A stretch of 64,000 nt of DNA from NCBI GenBank assembly GCA_963781885.1, contig CAWAHW010000007.1, positions 96,001 through 160,000 of the forward strand, read 5' to 3'. Both the position numbers and the translations under genes were made by a program. Positions 31,848 to 42,158 of the stretch are shown here, one piece after another (position 1 is the stretch's first letter; the number at the start of each line of letters is the position of its first letter). Source of the DNA: an uncultured Spirochaetota bacterium (GTDB lineage Bacteria; Spirochaetota; Spirochaetia; SZUA-6; Fen-1364). The notes beneath the pieces were generated by a model. The model saw nothing but the letters and a program-made list of their open reading frames with translations, had not been told where the DNA came from and made no database searches.

Positions 31848-32798
31848 ATGCGTCTCCATTCCCCGGCAAAGGCGGCCCTGGCCTCGGTCGCGGTCCTGTT
31901 CCTGCTTTCATGCGCCGGGTCGCCTCCCCCGGCGACTCCGCCGGACGTGAGCGCTCCCGTGGACTGGGCCACCATCCTCCGCTTCTCCGAGGTATACCAT
32001 GTCATGCGCCACCACACCGCGGCCGAGGTCACCGCCGCTCTGGGGGGCGGCTACGATTCGTTCGCCGTCGTGGATTTGCCGGCCACGAAGAACCGCTACA
32101 TGATCGGGACGCACGACGCGGCGCACCGCCAGGAAATCTGGGTCCGGGGCACCGCGAATCTCAAGAACGCGCTCTACGACGTGCGCTACGCGCAGCGGCT
32201 GAACCAAAAGCTGGGCATCAAGCTCCATCTCGGGTTCGAAGAGATGGCTCTTGCCGTCTACCATGACATCCTTCCCCGTCTGCACAAGGACTATGACCTC
32301 GTGATCTTCGGGCATTCGCTGGGAGCGGCGGAGGCGGTGATCCTGGCAATGCTGCTGGATACCGACGGCTACCGGGTGGCGCAGGTCTATGCCTCGGGCC
32401 AGCCACGCGTGACCGACGCCGAAGGAGAGGCCAAGTTCGAGCATCTGCCCATCCTGCGGATCAGCAATCCGGACGACCCGGTGCCATCCCTCCCGCCGCG
32501 GGACATCCCTTCGCCGAAGGACCCGTACGTGCATATCGGCAATGTCGTGATTCTCCTGGACGGTCCGTATTACTGCATGCTCGGGGAGGACAGGAGCGAC
32601 GAGGCACTGGCCGGGTCCTTCTGGCAGTCCCTGTCCGCCGAGGGCCCCATCCAGCCGGTGCAGGACCACCTGATGCCCGCCTACATCGCAAAAGAGCAGC
32701 CAAAGCTTACGGCGGCCATCCAGGTGCCGTACGCCGACCGCGCCGCCTACATGACGCAGAAACCCGCCCGGACGAGGCACGCCGTCAGCGGGGGATAG
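31848..32798 (+). CDS. Lipase class 3 family lipoprotein
   Basis: Lipobox LLSC, VRGT, HLGF, GHSLG, GQPRV, DPVP and His motifs. Confidence 0.88.
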   Translation: MRLHSPAKAALASVAVLFLLSCAGSPPPATPPDVSAPVDWATILRFSEVYHVMRHHTAAEVTAALGGGYDSFAVVDLPATKNRYMIGTHDAAHRQEIWVRGTANLKNALYDVRYAQRLNQKLGIKLHLGFEEMALAVYHDILPRLHKDYDLVIFGHSLGAAEAVILAMLLDTDGYRVAQVYASGQPRVTDAEGEAKFEHLPILRISNPDDPVPSLPPRDIPSPKDPYVHIGNVVILLDGPYYCMLGEDRSDEALAGSFWQSLSAEGPIQPVQDHLMPAYIAKEQPKLTAAIQVPYADRAAYMTQKPARTRHAVSGG

Positions 32799-32805
32799 GA
32801 ACCGT

Positions 32806-34533
32806 TCAGCGTCCGCGCCGCGCGAGCCAGCCCCGGAGCTTTTCCGTCGGCCAGGTGTTGATCACGTCATCCGCCGTCAGCCAGGCGCGGCGGGCGATGG
32901 CGACGCCGAACGGGAGCATGTCGAGGTCCGCTTCCGCGTGCGCATCGGTGTTGATGCTGAGGGGGATGCCCATCTCCATTGCGCGGCGCGCGTAGACGTC
33001 CTCCAGGTCCAGCCGGAAGGGGCTCGCGTTGATCTCCAGCGCCACACCCGACTCCGCGGCGGCCGACAGGACCGCATCCATGTCCAGGTCCGCCCCCGGC
33101 CTGTCGGGGATCAGGCGCCCCGTGGGGTGCCCGATGATGTCGACGTGCGAGTTGCGCACCGCCTTGAGCAGCCGCTGCGTGACCCTTTCACGCTCCTGGC
33201 CGAGCGACGTGTGCAGCGACGCCAGGACAAGGTCGAGTGAGGCCAGGAACTCGTCGGGATAGTCCAGGCTCCCGTCCGCCTTGATCTCCACCTCGGTGGC
33301 ATGCAGGACCAGGATGCTGTCTCCCAGCTCGCGCTGGATCGCGGCGATCTCCGCTGCCTGCGCGGCGTGACGCTCGATGGTGAGGCCTCCCACCATGCCG
33401 AGGCTCTGCGAGTGGTCGGTAAAGGCGATGACCTTCATGCCGCGCCGGGCAGCGGCCCGCGCCAGCTCGAGCATGGAAAGCTTCCCATCCGACCACGTGG
33501 AGTGCGTCTGGAGATCGGCCCTGATGTCACCGAGCTCGATCAGCTTCGGCAGCTTTCCCGCCCGGGCCGCCTGCACTTCACCACGGTCCTCGCGGAGCTC
33601 GGGTGGTATCAGGGGCAGACCGAGCGCGGCGTAGACCTCCGCCTCCGTCGCGCACAGGATCTCCCCGGAGCCGTCGACTTTCGTGAGCGCGTGCTCGGAG
33701 AGGGAAAGGCCCTTGTCCAGGGCGAGCTCGCGGAGCCGCACGTTGTGGTCCTTCGACCCGGTTGCGTACTGCAGGGCCGTGCCGAACTTCTCCGGCGGGT
33801 GCACCCAGACCTGTGCCCGGACGCCGTCGGCGAACTCGATGCTGGATTTGGTGTCCCCCTTGCCACGAACCTCCATCACTCCGGGGAGGGTCGTGAATGT
33901 CTCCATGACCTGCGCGGACTCCCGCGCCGCGATCAGGATGTCGATGTCCCCCACCGTGGAACGCATGCGTCGAAGGGAGCCCGCCGGCTCGGCTGCCACC
34001 ACGTCGGGCAGCTTCAGAAGCGTCGCGATGATCTGTTGGGCGAGAGGCCATGCCCGCCCGATGGGGACCCGACCCGAGCGCCGGGAAAGCGACTCGATGC
34101 CGCGCAGGATCTGGGCCTCGGACTTCTCCCCCATACCGGGAAGCGTCCTGAGCTTGCCCTCTTTGGCGGCTGCGGCCAGCTCCGGGAGCTTCGTGATGCC
34201 CAGCTCCTTCCAGATCAGCGCGACCTTCTTCGGTCCCAGACCCGCCACCTGGAGCCATTCCGCCAGTCCTGCCGGCACCGCCTCTTCCAGCTTTTCCAGG
34301 AACTGAAGCCTGCCGGTGCGCAGCAGCTCGTCGATCTTTTCCGCGATGGACTTTCCCACGCCGGGGATCTCCCGCAGCTTCTCATCCTTCCAGTACTGGT
34401 TGATATCGCCGGCAAGGGACAGCAGGCTCTCCGCCGCCTTGCGGTAGGCGAGGGTCGTGTAGATCACCTCGCCCTTGATTTCCAGGAGGTTCGCGATCAG
34501 GGTGAATGTCTCCGAAACCTCTCGGTTGTTCAT
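32806..34533 (-). CDS. polX: DNA polymerase X / PHP 3'-5' exonuclease
   Basis: AYRKAA, HhH motifs, GSLRR...GDIDIL, TGSKDHN; PHP motifs (TDHS, HPTGR, TDAH). Confidence 0.95.
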   Translation of the reverse strand: MNNREVSETFTLIANLLEIKGEVIYTTLAYRKAAESLLSLAGDINQYWKDEKLREIPGVGKSIAEKIDELLRTGRLQFLEKLEEAVPAGLAEWLQVAGLGPKKVALIWKELGITKLPELAAAAKEGKLRTLPGMGEKSEAQILRGIESLSRRSGRVPIGRAWPLAQQIIATLLKLPDVVAAEPAGSLRRMRSTVGDIDILIAARESAQVMETFTTLPGVMEVRGKGDTKSSIEFADGVRAQVWVHPPEKFGTALQYATGSKDHNVRLRELALDKGLSLSEHALTKVDGSGEILCATEAEVYAALGLPLIPPELREDRGEVQAARAGKLPKLIELGDIRADLQTHSTWSDGKLSMLELARAAARRGMKVIAFTDHSQSLGMVGGLTIERHAAQAAEIAAIQRELGDSILVLHATEVEIKADGSLDYPDEFLASLDLVLASLHTSLGQERERVTQRLLKAVRNSHVDIIGHPTGRLIPDRPGADLDMDAVLSAAAESGVALEINASPFRLDLEDVYARRAMEMGIPLSINTDAHAEADLDMLPFGVAIARRAWLTADDVINTWPTEKLRGWLARRGR

Positions 34534-35498
34534 GCGCCCTTCATCCACGGCAGTCTGTCGAGGTCGACATTTCCGCCCGAAAGGATGATCGCCACCTTTT
34601 TGCCTTTCGCCTCGACGCCTCCGTCCAAGAGCACGGCGAGCGGCACGGCGGCGGACGGCTCTATGACCACCTTCATCCGTTCCCAGACCAGGCGCATGGC
34701 GGAGGCGATCGATTCCTCGCCCGTCGTTACGATCCTGTCCACGCAGGCGCGCACGATCGGGAAGGTGTGCGGCCCGAGCGACGTGCGCAGGCCGTCGGCG
34801 ATCGTGCGCGGGTTCCCCGACGGATGAAGCGTGCCCGTCGTGAAGGAGCGGTAGGCATCGTCCGCCGCCGCGGGCTCGGCACCGATGACCTGCGTGCGCG
34901 GCGACACGGCCCGTGCCGCCAGGGCGGTGCCGCTGAGGAGCCCGCCGCCGCCGACCGGCGCCATGATGATGTCCAGGTCGGGCAGATCCTCAAAGACTTC
35001 GAGGGAGGCGGTGCCCTGGCCGGCGATGACGCGCAGGTCATCCGAGGGGTGCACGAACTCCGCGCCCGTTTCGCCGACCACCTCGCTCAGGGTCTTCTCC
35101 CGGTCCCCGGGAGCCTCACCTGCAAAAACAATGCGGGCGCCGTAGCCGCGCACCGCCTCCACCTTCACCCGGGGGGCATCGCGCGGCATCACGATGCACG
35201 CCGCGATCCCGCGGAGCCGGGCGGCAAGGGCCAATGCCTGCGCATGGTTGCCGGACGAGTGCGTGGCGACGCCGCGAGCCGCCGTTGCGTCGTCCAGGGA
35301 ATATACCGCGTTGCAGGCACCTCGGAACTTGAAGGCGCCGACGCGCTGGAGGTTTTCGCATTTGAAGAAGACACGGGCGCCCGTCATCGCGTCGATCGTG
35401 GAGCTCGTGAGGATCGGGGTCCTGTGGGCAAAAGGGCGGATGCGCGCGGCGGCGCGGCGGATGTCGTCGATGCCGACGCGCGGAAGCGGGTCGCTCAT
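34530..35498 (-). CDS. PLP-dependent serine/threonine dehydratase / serine racemase
   Basis: KCENLQRVGAFKFRGA, SSGNHAQ, PVGGGGL, SGGN. Confidence 0.92.
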   Translation of the reverse strand: MSDPLPRVGIDDIRRAAARIRPFAHRTPILTSSTIDAMTGARVFFKCENLQRVGAFKFRGACNAVYSLDDATAARGVATHSSGNHAQALALAARLRGIAACIVMPRDAPRVKVEAVRGYGARIVFAGEAPGDREKTLSEVVGETGAEFVHPSDDLRVIAGQGTASLEVFEDLPDLDIIMAPVGGGGLLSGTALAARAVSPRTQVIGAEPAAADDAYRSFTTGTLHPSGNPRTIADGLRTSLGPHTFPIVRACVDRIVTTGEESIASAMRLVWERMKVVIEPSAAVPLAVLLDGGVEAKGKKVAIILSGGNVDLDRLPWMKGA

Positions 35499-35536
35499 TC
35501 CGGCAGGGTAGCCGGCGGAACTTTCCTGCGCAAGGG

Positions 35537-36826
35537 TCAGGCCTCGACCCGCGGCGGCTCCCTTCTCGGCTCGGGCAGACCCCGCAGCATGAAAAGCGCG
35601 ATGACGGGCCCTGCCATGGCGGCGATGAAAAGCGCCGCGTACGAGCCGGTTGCCTGCAGGATCCAGCCCCCAATGAGGGGCATGACCAGGGAGACCCCGG
35701 TGAGGGTATTGGCAAAGCCGATATAGAGGGGCCGCTCTGGAGCGGGCGCCCACTCGAGCACCCAGTTGAGGAATCCCGCCATGTTGGCGTTTCCCTGCAT
35801 GCCCACGACCACGAACACGAGGGCATACAGGTAGAGCACTGCCCCCGGCACGACCCGCGCCATGAAGGGCGCCGCGATCGCGATCGCGGGGGCGATGAGA
35901 TCCACCCATCCCCAGAGCCGCAATACCGAGCGGGTTCCGCGGCGCTCGCCCATGACGCCCAGCAGGAGCGCGGAGAAGACGCCGCCAACAAGCTGCACCG
36001 ACGTGAAGAAGCCGACGCTCGCCGGTGGGAAGCCGAGGCCTGACAGTCCGTGGATCACATAGAAGGGCGCCGCGATCCCCACGCCGCTGAGCGCGATCCA
36101 CAGCCCCACCGCCTTGCGGAACGGGGGATCGGCCCGGACGACGGCGGCGAGCTTGCGGAAGTAGGCGCCCCAAGGGAGAGGCTTCTGCACCACCGGCAGG
36201 GGCGATTCGCGGACGAACAGGAACGAAAGCAGCGAAATTGCCCAGAAGACCCCGCAGATGCCGAACAGGAGCGCATAGTTGCTCGGCCACGCAATGGCCG
36301 TGGAGGAGAGGACGACGCCGACGATCGCGCCGGCGCCGATGCCGACGACCCCCGGAGCCGTGGTTCCCAGGCTGATGAGCCGGGCCCGCGTCTGCACCGG
36401 CACGCAGCGGCCCAGTATGTCCAGCCACGCCACGCTCGCCACGCCGTCCAGGATGTAGAAGGCGAAATAGAGGATGAAGAACACGACGAGCAGCGCGCCT
36501 GGGCTGCGCGACGCCAGGAGAAGGATGGCCACCGGGATGGCAAGAGCGATGATTCTTCCGACGGTCGAGGGCACGATGACGGCCGCCTTGCGGCGGGTGA
36601 GACCGGCGAGCCGGTTCGCCGCGAAAAGCTGCGGCACAAGCCAGCCCGCCGTGAGCAGCGTCGATGCAAGGCCGATGAGCGGGGTGGAGCTCGTGAGCGT
36701 GGCGATGAAGGACGGGATCATCGTTGTCTGGCCCGCGAAGCTCGCGCCGACCCCGAAAAAGAATAAGTCCCCCGCAAATCCCCAGAAGGTGCGGCGAATG
36801 TCCGTTCCATGCAGGAGCCTGTTCAC
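35537..36826 (-). CDS. MFS transporter
   Basis: About 12 TM helices; GTG start 6 nt after TTGACA-N17-GAGATT (36833-36861). Confidence 0.85.
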   Translation of the reverse strand: MNRLLHGTDIRRTFWGFAGDLFFFGVGASFAGQTTMIPSFIATLTSSTPLIGLASTLLTAGWLVPQLFAANRLAGLTRRKAAVIVPSTVGRIIALAIPVAILLLASRSPGALLVVFFILYFAFYILDGVASVAWLDILGRCVPVQTRARLISLGTTAPGVVGIGAGAIVGVVLSSTAIAWPSNYALLFGICGVFWAISLLSFLFVRESPLPVVQKPLPWGAYFRKLAAVVRADPPFRKAVGLWIALSGVGIAAPFYVIHGLSGLGFPPASVGFFTSVQLVGGVFSALLLGVMGERRGTRSVLRLWGWVDLIAPAIAIAAPFMARVVPGAVLYLYALVFVVVGMQGNANMAGFLNWVLEWAPAPERPLYIGFANTLTGVSLVMPLIGGWILQATGSYAALFIAAMAGPVIALFMLRGLPEPRREPPRVEA

Positions 36827-36865
36827 GGCGCCAATCTCACGGTTTGTCGCCGAGGTGTCAAGCCA

Positions 36866-37007
36866 GCCACGGTAATCCGTGGCATTCGCCGCCACGGTAA
36901 TCCGTGGCATTCGCCGCCACGGTAATCCGTGGCATTCGCCGCCACGGTAATCCGTGGCATTCGCCGCCACGGTAATCCGTGGCATTCGCCGCCACGGTAA
37001 TCCGTGG
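36866..37007. repeat. REP-like palindrome tandem array, 5 full copies plus 1 partial, 25-bp period
   Basis: (GCCACGG-TAAT-CCGTGGC-ATTCGCC)x5 + GCCACGGTAATCCGTGG, lying between divergent promoters. Confidence 0.97.
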
Positions 37008-37044
37008 GGGCTGCGCCGCGGAGGCGGGGCAGCGCAGCGAACGC

Positions 37045-37074
37045 TTGCGACCTGCCGCGGGCGGACGCTATACT
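37045..37074 (+). promoter_or_regulatory. sigma70-type promoter for the kinase/NtrC pair
   Basis: TTGCGA-N18-TATACT. Confidence 0.6.
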
Positions 37075-37080
37075 TGCCGC

Positions 37081-38375
37081 ATCAGAAGACCTCTGCTGTT
37101 CCTCATCCTCTTTCTCCTGATTGCCGCCTCCATTGCAGCCGTGGCCGTGCTGCCTCTGCCTATCGTCGCCGGCGTCCCGGTCCTGCTCGCCGTGTCTGCC
37201 TTTCTTCTTGGGCGCGAGCCCGTCCGGAAAAGGGCGAAAGGCGGCTCGACGAACAGCGCGACGGCGGTTGCGGGGGGCGAGAGTGTCTGTCAGGCCCTGG
37301 ATAATGTGCCGGCAGGGGTGATCCTGCACCGGGACGGGCGCGTCCTTTTTGCCAATCGACGGATGCGTCTCCTCCTGGGACGGGAGTCCGATTTCATGGA
37401 CGGCACCGCGCTGAACCGGCTCGTGCCGCCCGAGGAGCTCGCCGCGCTGGGCGGTCTCGGAGCGGACTCCGAGCTGCCGCGCGAGCTTACCCTCCTGAAG
37501 GCCGACGGCTCGACTGTCTCGGTCGAGGCGTCGGGCGGGCAGGTGCGGCTTTCGGACGGCAGCGCGGCGATGATCTGCGTGGTCGACGTGAGCGGCCGCC
37601 GGGAGGAGTCCGCGCGGCGCGGCGAGCTCGCGGCGCACACGCGCAAGCTCGAGGAGCAGCTCGAGCATTCCGCGCGGCTCGCCGAGCTCGGAGAGATGGC
37701 AGCGTCCATCTCGCACGAGCTCAACCAGCCCCTCACAGGCATCAGGAACTACGCGCGCAACGCGTATTACATGCTGGACCAGAAGGCCGGCGCCGAGGCG
37801 GACGTGAAGAACAACCTGCGGCTCATCTCCGAGCAGGTGGACCGCGCGGCGAAGATCATCAACCAGATGCGGGAGCTTTCCCGCCGGGCGACAGCGTCTT
37901 CGTGCTCCTGGACCCCAACAGCGTCATCCGGGAGACCGTGGAGTTCCTCCTGCCGCAGATGAAGCTCTCCGAGGTCACCGTCTCACTGGACCTGGACGCC
38001 GGCCTCCCGCAGGTCTGGGGCGACAGAACGCGTCTCGCCCAGGTCTTCCTCAACCTGCTTTCCAACGCGCGCCAGGCCATGATCGACACGCCGTCGCGGC
38101 GCCTGACGATCAGGAGCCGCCGGGACCCTTCCGCGGCCCTCCCCATCGTGGTGGAGGTGAGCGACTCGGGCAAGGGCTTCACCGAAGAACAGGGGCAGAG
38201 GCTTTTCCAGCCCTTCTACACGACGCGTAAGGGCGGCCATGGGCTGGGCCTTTCCATTTCCCGCAGCATCGTTCAGGATCACAAGGGCACGATCGAGGCG
38301 CGCGGCGCGCCGGGGCAGGGTGCGACATTCTGCATCCGGTTTCCCGCCGCGCCCCGCGACGCCGCCAAGGAGTGA
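37081..38375 (+). CDS. Membrane PAS sensor histidine kinase (NtrB/DctB-like), frameshift at ~37888, start uncertain
   Basis: Two TM helices, PAS, SISHELNQPL; then NLLSNA, FYTT and GHGLGL in the second frame. Confidence 0.85.
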
Positions 38376-38378
38376 CGC

Positions 38379-39800
38379 GTGAGCGTGGAGCACAGGGAGT
38401 CGGGCACGATCGTCGTCATCGACGACGATGAGGCGGCCCGGCATTCCATCGGCCAGATGCTGGGTCTGCGCGGTTGGGCGGTGGAGGTATTCTCCTCCGC
38501 TGAGGCGGCGCTGGCCTGGCCGGGCCTCAACGATGCGATGTGCATCGTGACGGACGTGAAGATGCCCGGCATGGACGGGGAGGAGTTCCTGGCCCACGTG
38601 ACCGCGGCGGCAACAGATCCGCCGGGTGCGTCGGCGACAAATCCGCCGGTGGTGATGCTCACGGGTCACGGCGACATCGCCATGGCCGTGCGCTGCCTGA
38701 AGGCGGGCGCGTTCGATTTTGCCGAGAAGCCGTTCGATGACGCGGTGCTCCTGGCGTACGTCTCCAAGGCCGTGGAGAAGACGCGGCTGGTGCGCGAGAC
38801 GCGGGACCTGCGCCGGCGGCTCACGTTCTGCTCGCCGGAGGAGGACGGGAAGTTCGGCATGGTGGGCACGAGCCGCGCCATCCAGGACGTCTACGCCCAG
38901 GTGGAGGCTGCGGCGCGCACCGATGTGCCCGTGCTCCTCACCGGGGAAACGGGCACGGGCAAGGAGCTCGTGGCGCGGGCGATCCACGGGCAGGGCGCGC
39001 GCGCGCACGGCCCCTTCGTGCCCGTGAACGCCGGGGCGCTTCCCGAGACGATGTTGGAAAGCGAGCTCTTCGGCCACGCGCGCGGCGCCTATACCGGCGC
39101 ATTGGGCGAGCGGGAAGGAAAGCTCGTGACCGCGTCCGGCGGCACGCTCCTTCTGGACGAGATCGAAACGATTTCCCCGCGCGCGCAGGTGCAGCTTCTC
39201 CGCGTCCTGGATGACGGGGTTGTCGAGCCGCTGGGCAGTGACCGTCCGCGCAAGGTGAATATCCGTCTCATCTGCGCCTCAAACGTGGACCTCACGGAGG
39301 AGGTGCGGCGCGGCACTATCCGGGAGGATTTCTACCACCGGATCATGGTGCTCAGCATCCGCGTGCCGCCGCTGCGGGAACGAACCGACGACATCCCGCT
39401 CCTGGTGTCGCACTTCCTGCGCCGCGCCGCCGACCGCAATGGCATCGCAGTGCCCACGATCTCCGAATCCGCGCTTTCAGAAATGATGCGCCACGGCTGG
39501 CCCGGCAATGTCCGCGAGCTTTCAAACGCGGTGGAGCGTCTTGTGATCACCTCCCGAAACGGCGCGGCGGGAAGCTTCACCCCGGACCTCCAGGAGGAAG
39601 GGGAAAGGCTTCTGTCGCTTCCGGCCGGTGCGGGTCGCCTGCGCGAGGAAATGGAAAAGGTCGAGAGGTCGGTCATCGAAGCCGCTCTCCGTGAGCGCAA
39701 AGGTGAGATCAACGCAACCTGGCAGATGCTGGGAATCTCCCGGCGCGCCCTCTACGAGCGGATGCGGCGCTACGGCCTGGACAAGGGAAGCTACCGGTAG
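38379..39800 (+). CDS. sigma54-dependent response regulator (NtrC/DctD family)
   Basis: REC domain, [29 protein letters not shown] and Fis-type HTH. Confidence 0.95.
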   Translation: MSVEHRESGTIVVIDDDEAARHSIGQMLGLRGWAVEVFSSAEAALAWPGLNDAMCIVTDVKMPGMDGEEFLAHVTAAATDPPGASATNPPVVMLTGHGDIAMAVRCLKAGAFDFAEKPFDDAVLLAYVSKAVEKTRLVRETRDLRRRLTFCSPEEDGKFGMVGTSRAIQDVYAQVEAAARTDVPVLLTGETGTGKELVARAIHGQGARAHGPFVPVNAGALPETMLESELFGHARGAYTGALGEREGKLVTASGGTLLLDEIETISPRAQVQLLRVLDDGVVEPLGSDRPRKVNIRLICASNVDLTEEVRRGTIREDFYHRIMVLSIRVPPLRERTDDIPLLVSHFLRRAADRNGIAVPTISESALSEMMRHGWPGNVRELSNAVERLVITSRNGAAGSFTPDLQEEGERLLSLPAGAGRLREEMEKVERSVIEAALRERKGEINATWQMLGISRRALYERMRRYGLDKGSYR

Positions 39801-39817
39801 GCCGGCACGAATCCTGA

Positions 39818-39997
39818 CTATCTTCGTTGTGCTTCGGTGAGCTTGCCTTGAAGAGAGGCGACAAAGCTGCTGAAGGCGAGCTCTTCAAGCGGTTCTCTGC
39901 ATGTTCCTCTTGATCCTTTATCAGAAGGGCTTACGATCAAGCAAGCCGCATCGTAAAGCCGCTCTCTTACCAGGCGTGTACAGAAAAGCTCGTATCT
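39818..39997 (-). pseudogene. C-terminal remnant of a PaeR7I/XhoI-family type II restriction endonuclease
   Basis: Hand translation RYELFCTRLVRERLYDAACLIVS...EELAFSSFVASLQG; in-frame TGA immediately upstream and no start; lies next to the MTase. Family assigned from motif memory. Confidence 0.65.
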
Positions 39998-40038
39998 TCA
40001 GATCCCTTGGTTTGCGCAAAGGTACCCCTCTCCGAGAA

Positions 40039-41022
40039 TTATAAATGAGTCGTCACGACAGTACCCGTGAACATGTCGGCCGTTTCAGACCGTAAGCGGT
40101 TCGTGGCAAGGCCAAAGTAATGAGGGTCGATTTCGAATCCCATACTGTTCCTGCCTGACTGCGCCGCGGCCAGGTTTGTCGTTGCGGTCCCCATGAAGGG
40201 ATCCAGAACCGTGTCACCAACGAAACTGAACATGCGAACGAGTCGTGTCGCAAGCGGGAGGGGGAACGGGGCGGGGTGATTCTTTGTGGATTCGCCGGGA
40301 ATGTCGTTCCAGATTTGTTGGAACCATTTCTTGTGGTTGGGATCGGAAAGTATGCTGAGCAGTCTTGCGGAACGGGTTGGCTTTCTATAGCCGCCAGCCT
40401 TCCGCAACATGAGGATATACTCGATATCGTTTTTTATCACGCCATTTGGCTCGTAGGGTTTGCCGAGAAATCTTGAATTGCCCTCTATCTCGTAGGTGGC
40501 GTTTGCGATTTTGTGCCAGATGATAGGAGCGAGATTGGAGAAGCCAATCTTGCGGCAGCGTTCTTGTATCGATGAATGAAGGGGCACGCAGGTATGTTCC
40601 CCGTTATTCTTCCTTCTCGACAGGCAGACATCTCCGACGACGCAGATCAATCTTCCCCCGGGGACCAACAGATCGAACATCTGCTGCCACACATTATCCA
40701 ACTGGGCGAGAAAATCATCGTATTCTTCAACATGCCCAAGCTGGCCGGGAACCTCGCGGTACCTCTTGAGCGTCCAATAGGGGGGAGAGGTAACGACCAG
40801 ATGCACGGATTCGCGCGCAATCTTTGGCGCGGCGCGAGCGTCAACGAGGTAGAGATCGTGTGCAGTCGGGATGCGTCGAATGGCGGACTCAATGGCCGAC
40901 ATTGCATGGGAGTCCTTGGCCAGCTGCGGAATCGCGGTATCAAGTTCCTTGATTTGCTGAAGCTCGGCCGGGATATACGGGGAGAGGACATCATCCAATG
41001 TCGGCTGCTGTGTTGTCTCCAT
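40039..41022 (-). CDS. Site-specific DNA methyltransferase (N4-C/N6-A, beta class)
   Basis: TSPPY motif IV precedes HPAPFP and VLDPFMGTATT motif I; DNA is visibly more AT-rich than the flanks. Confidence 0.93.
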   Translation of the reverse strand: METTQQPTLDDVLSPYIPAELQQIKELDTAIPQLAKDSHAMSAIESAIRRIPTAHDLYLVDARAAPKIARESVHLVVTSPPYWTLKRYREVPGQLGHVEEYDDFLAQLDNVWQQMFDLLVPGGRLICVVGDVCLSRRKNNGEHTCVPLHSSIQERCRKIGFSNLAPIIWHKIANATYEIEGNSRFLGKPYEPNGVIKNDIEYILMLRKAGGYRKPTRSARLLSILSDPNHKKWFQQIWNDIPGESTKNHPAPFPLPLATRLVRMFSFVGDTVLDPFMGTATTNLAAAQSGRNSMGFEIDPHYFGLATNRLRSETADMFTGTVVTTHL

Positions 41023-41349
41023 CAGGAAGCACGTCCAGCAAGACGGCCAGATTGCATTATTGCCAAGAGTGCTTTTTCCCGCAGCTTCATGACTATACGT
41101 GGGCGCGACGTGGTGTGCGGCCGCGAACACCTGTTCGGCCTGCAGCCTTCATGAGGACTTCCTGTCGCATGCGCCGACTCTATCATGAAGTCGATCCCTT
41201 TTCATGGGCTCCTTGGATGGCAGGGCAACTTTGCTTTCGGCGCACGAAGGAGCACGGCGCAAGCTCGCGCTCCGCGGCGCTGCGTTGGAGCCGAAGGATT
41301 CAACTTTATCGGTGCTGTTGGCCGACACGTTGAGTGAACGCTTCCACAC

Positions 41350-41556
41350 ATGGCCGACGAAGAGTTTTTTCTCCATCTTAATCGCATGAACAGGCTGACG
41401 AGGGCCTTGCGAGCTCCGCTCGATGCCTGGGAAGCGGAGGTGCTGCGCCGCACCCGGGAAAGCTTCGGAGAGGCGATGGTTGCGCACGTTCGATTCCAGC
41501 TCGACAAGGCGTTCATCGAGCTGGTGACGATGATAGACGGGTCAATAGTCAACTGA
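41350..41556 (+). CDS. Small hypothetical protein (possibly the 3' part of a frameshifted gene starting near 41204)
   Basis: Plausible helical 68-aa ORF with no recognised motif. Confidence 0.35.
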   Translation: MADEEFFLHLNRMNRLTRALRAPLDAWEAEVLRRTRESFGEAMVAHVRFQLDKAFIELVTMIDGSIVN

Positions 41557-41727
41557 TACTGGGCACGGCTCACACATGGGAGAGTTGTGCACGCGGCGAG
41601 GGCGGGCGACAAGCTTTTTCTGCGTTGGAAAGGCAAGCCGAAGGCGCGCCTTATCTCCATCGCCTGTAATTCTTTCTATTAGATCAAGATGTGCTGCCGG
41701 CATCCAGTTCGCATCCCCCTTGCCTTT

Positions 41728-41745
41728 TCGAGAAAAAAGTCACGA
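41728..41745. promoter_or_regulatory. Possible Rex-like operator
   Basis: TCGAGAA-AAAA-GTCACGA matches 10/14 of TTGTGAA-N4-TTCACAA and abuts the -24 box. Confidence 0.3.
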
Positions 41746-41746
41746 T

Positions 41747-41762
41747 TGGCATATTACTTGCA
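41747..41762 (+). promoter_or_regulatory. sigma54 (-24/-12) promoter heading the hydrogenase cluster
   Basis: TGGCATATTACTTGCA, with exact GG-N10-GC spacing, about 40 nt before the first gene. Confidence 0.78.
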
Positions 41763-41804
41763 TCTGATATCCCAGGGGTATCGAGAGAAATCCCGATAGA
41801 CGTG

Positions 41805-42158
41805 ATGAATATCCAGGACCTCGCAAAGCGAATCAATGCCCAGGTTTATTGCCGCGCCGACGCAGACGGGCAGGATCTGCAGACGATCTACGCTGGTGAC
41901 ACGATGAGCGAGCTGATCGCGCACGCCGCGCCCGCTACCCTCCTGGTCACCTCGCTGAACAACAACCAGCTCGTGCGGGTCGCCGAGCTCATGGACGTGC
42001 CCGGCATCTGCATCACGAATGGCGCCGTGCCCACTGCCGACCTGATCGCGCGGGCAGAAGCGGCCGGAACCACGATCCTCGTGTCGCCATTCGGGTATGC
42101 AAAGACGCTCCGGCTCCTGGAAGATACCCTTGCCGGGCGCGGGGCGGCGAAGCGGTGA
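41805..42158 (+). CDS. DRTGG-domain protein
   Basis: 'YAGDTMSELI', 'LLVTSL.N.QLVRVAE'; typical of hydrogenase-associated clusters. Confidence 0.82.
   Translation: MNIQDLAKRINAQVYCRADADGQDLQTIYAGDTMSELIAHAAPATLLVTSLNNNQLVRVAELMDVPGICITNGAVPTADLIARAEAAGTTILVSPFGYAKTLRLLEDTLAGRGAAKR

Noticed and set aside
25804-34533. Helicase-nuclease plus PolX as an anti-phage defence island
   Set aside because: The motifs and gene order fit housekeeping AddAB and PolX, with host-like composition.
36866-37007. CRISPR array
   Set aside because: The units are identical head-to-tail with 7-bp constant linkers, there are no unique spacers and there are no cas genes. The same applies to the arrays at 9123 and 49679.
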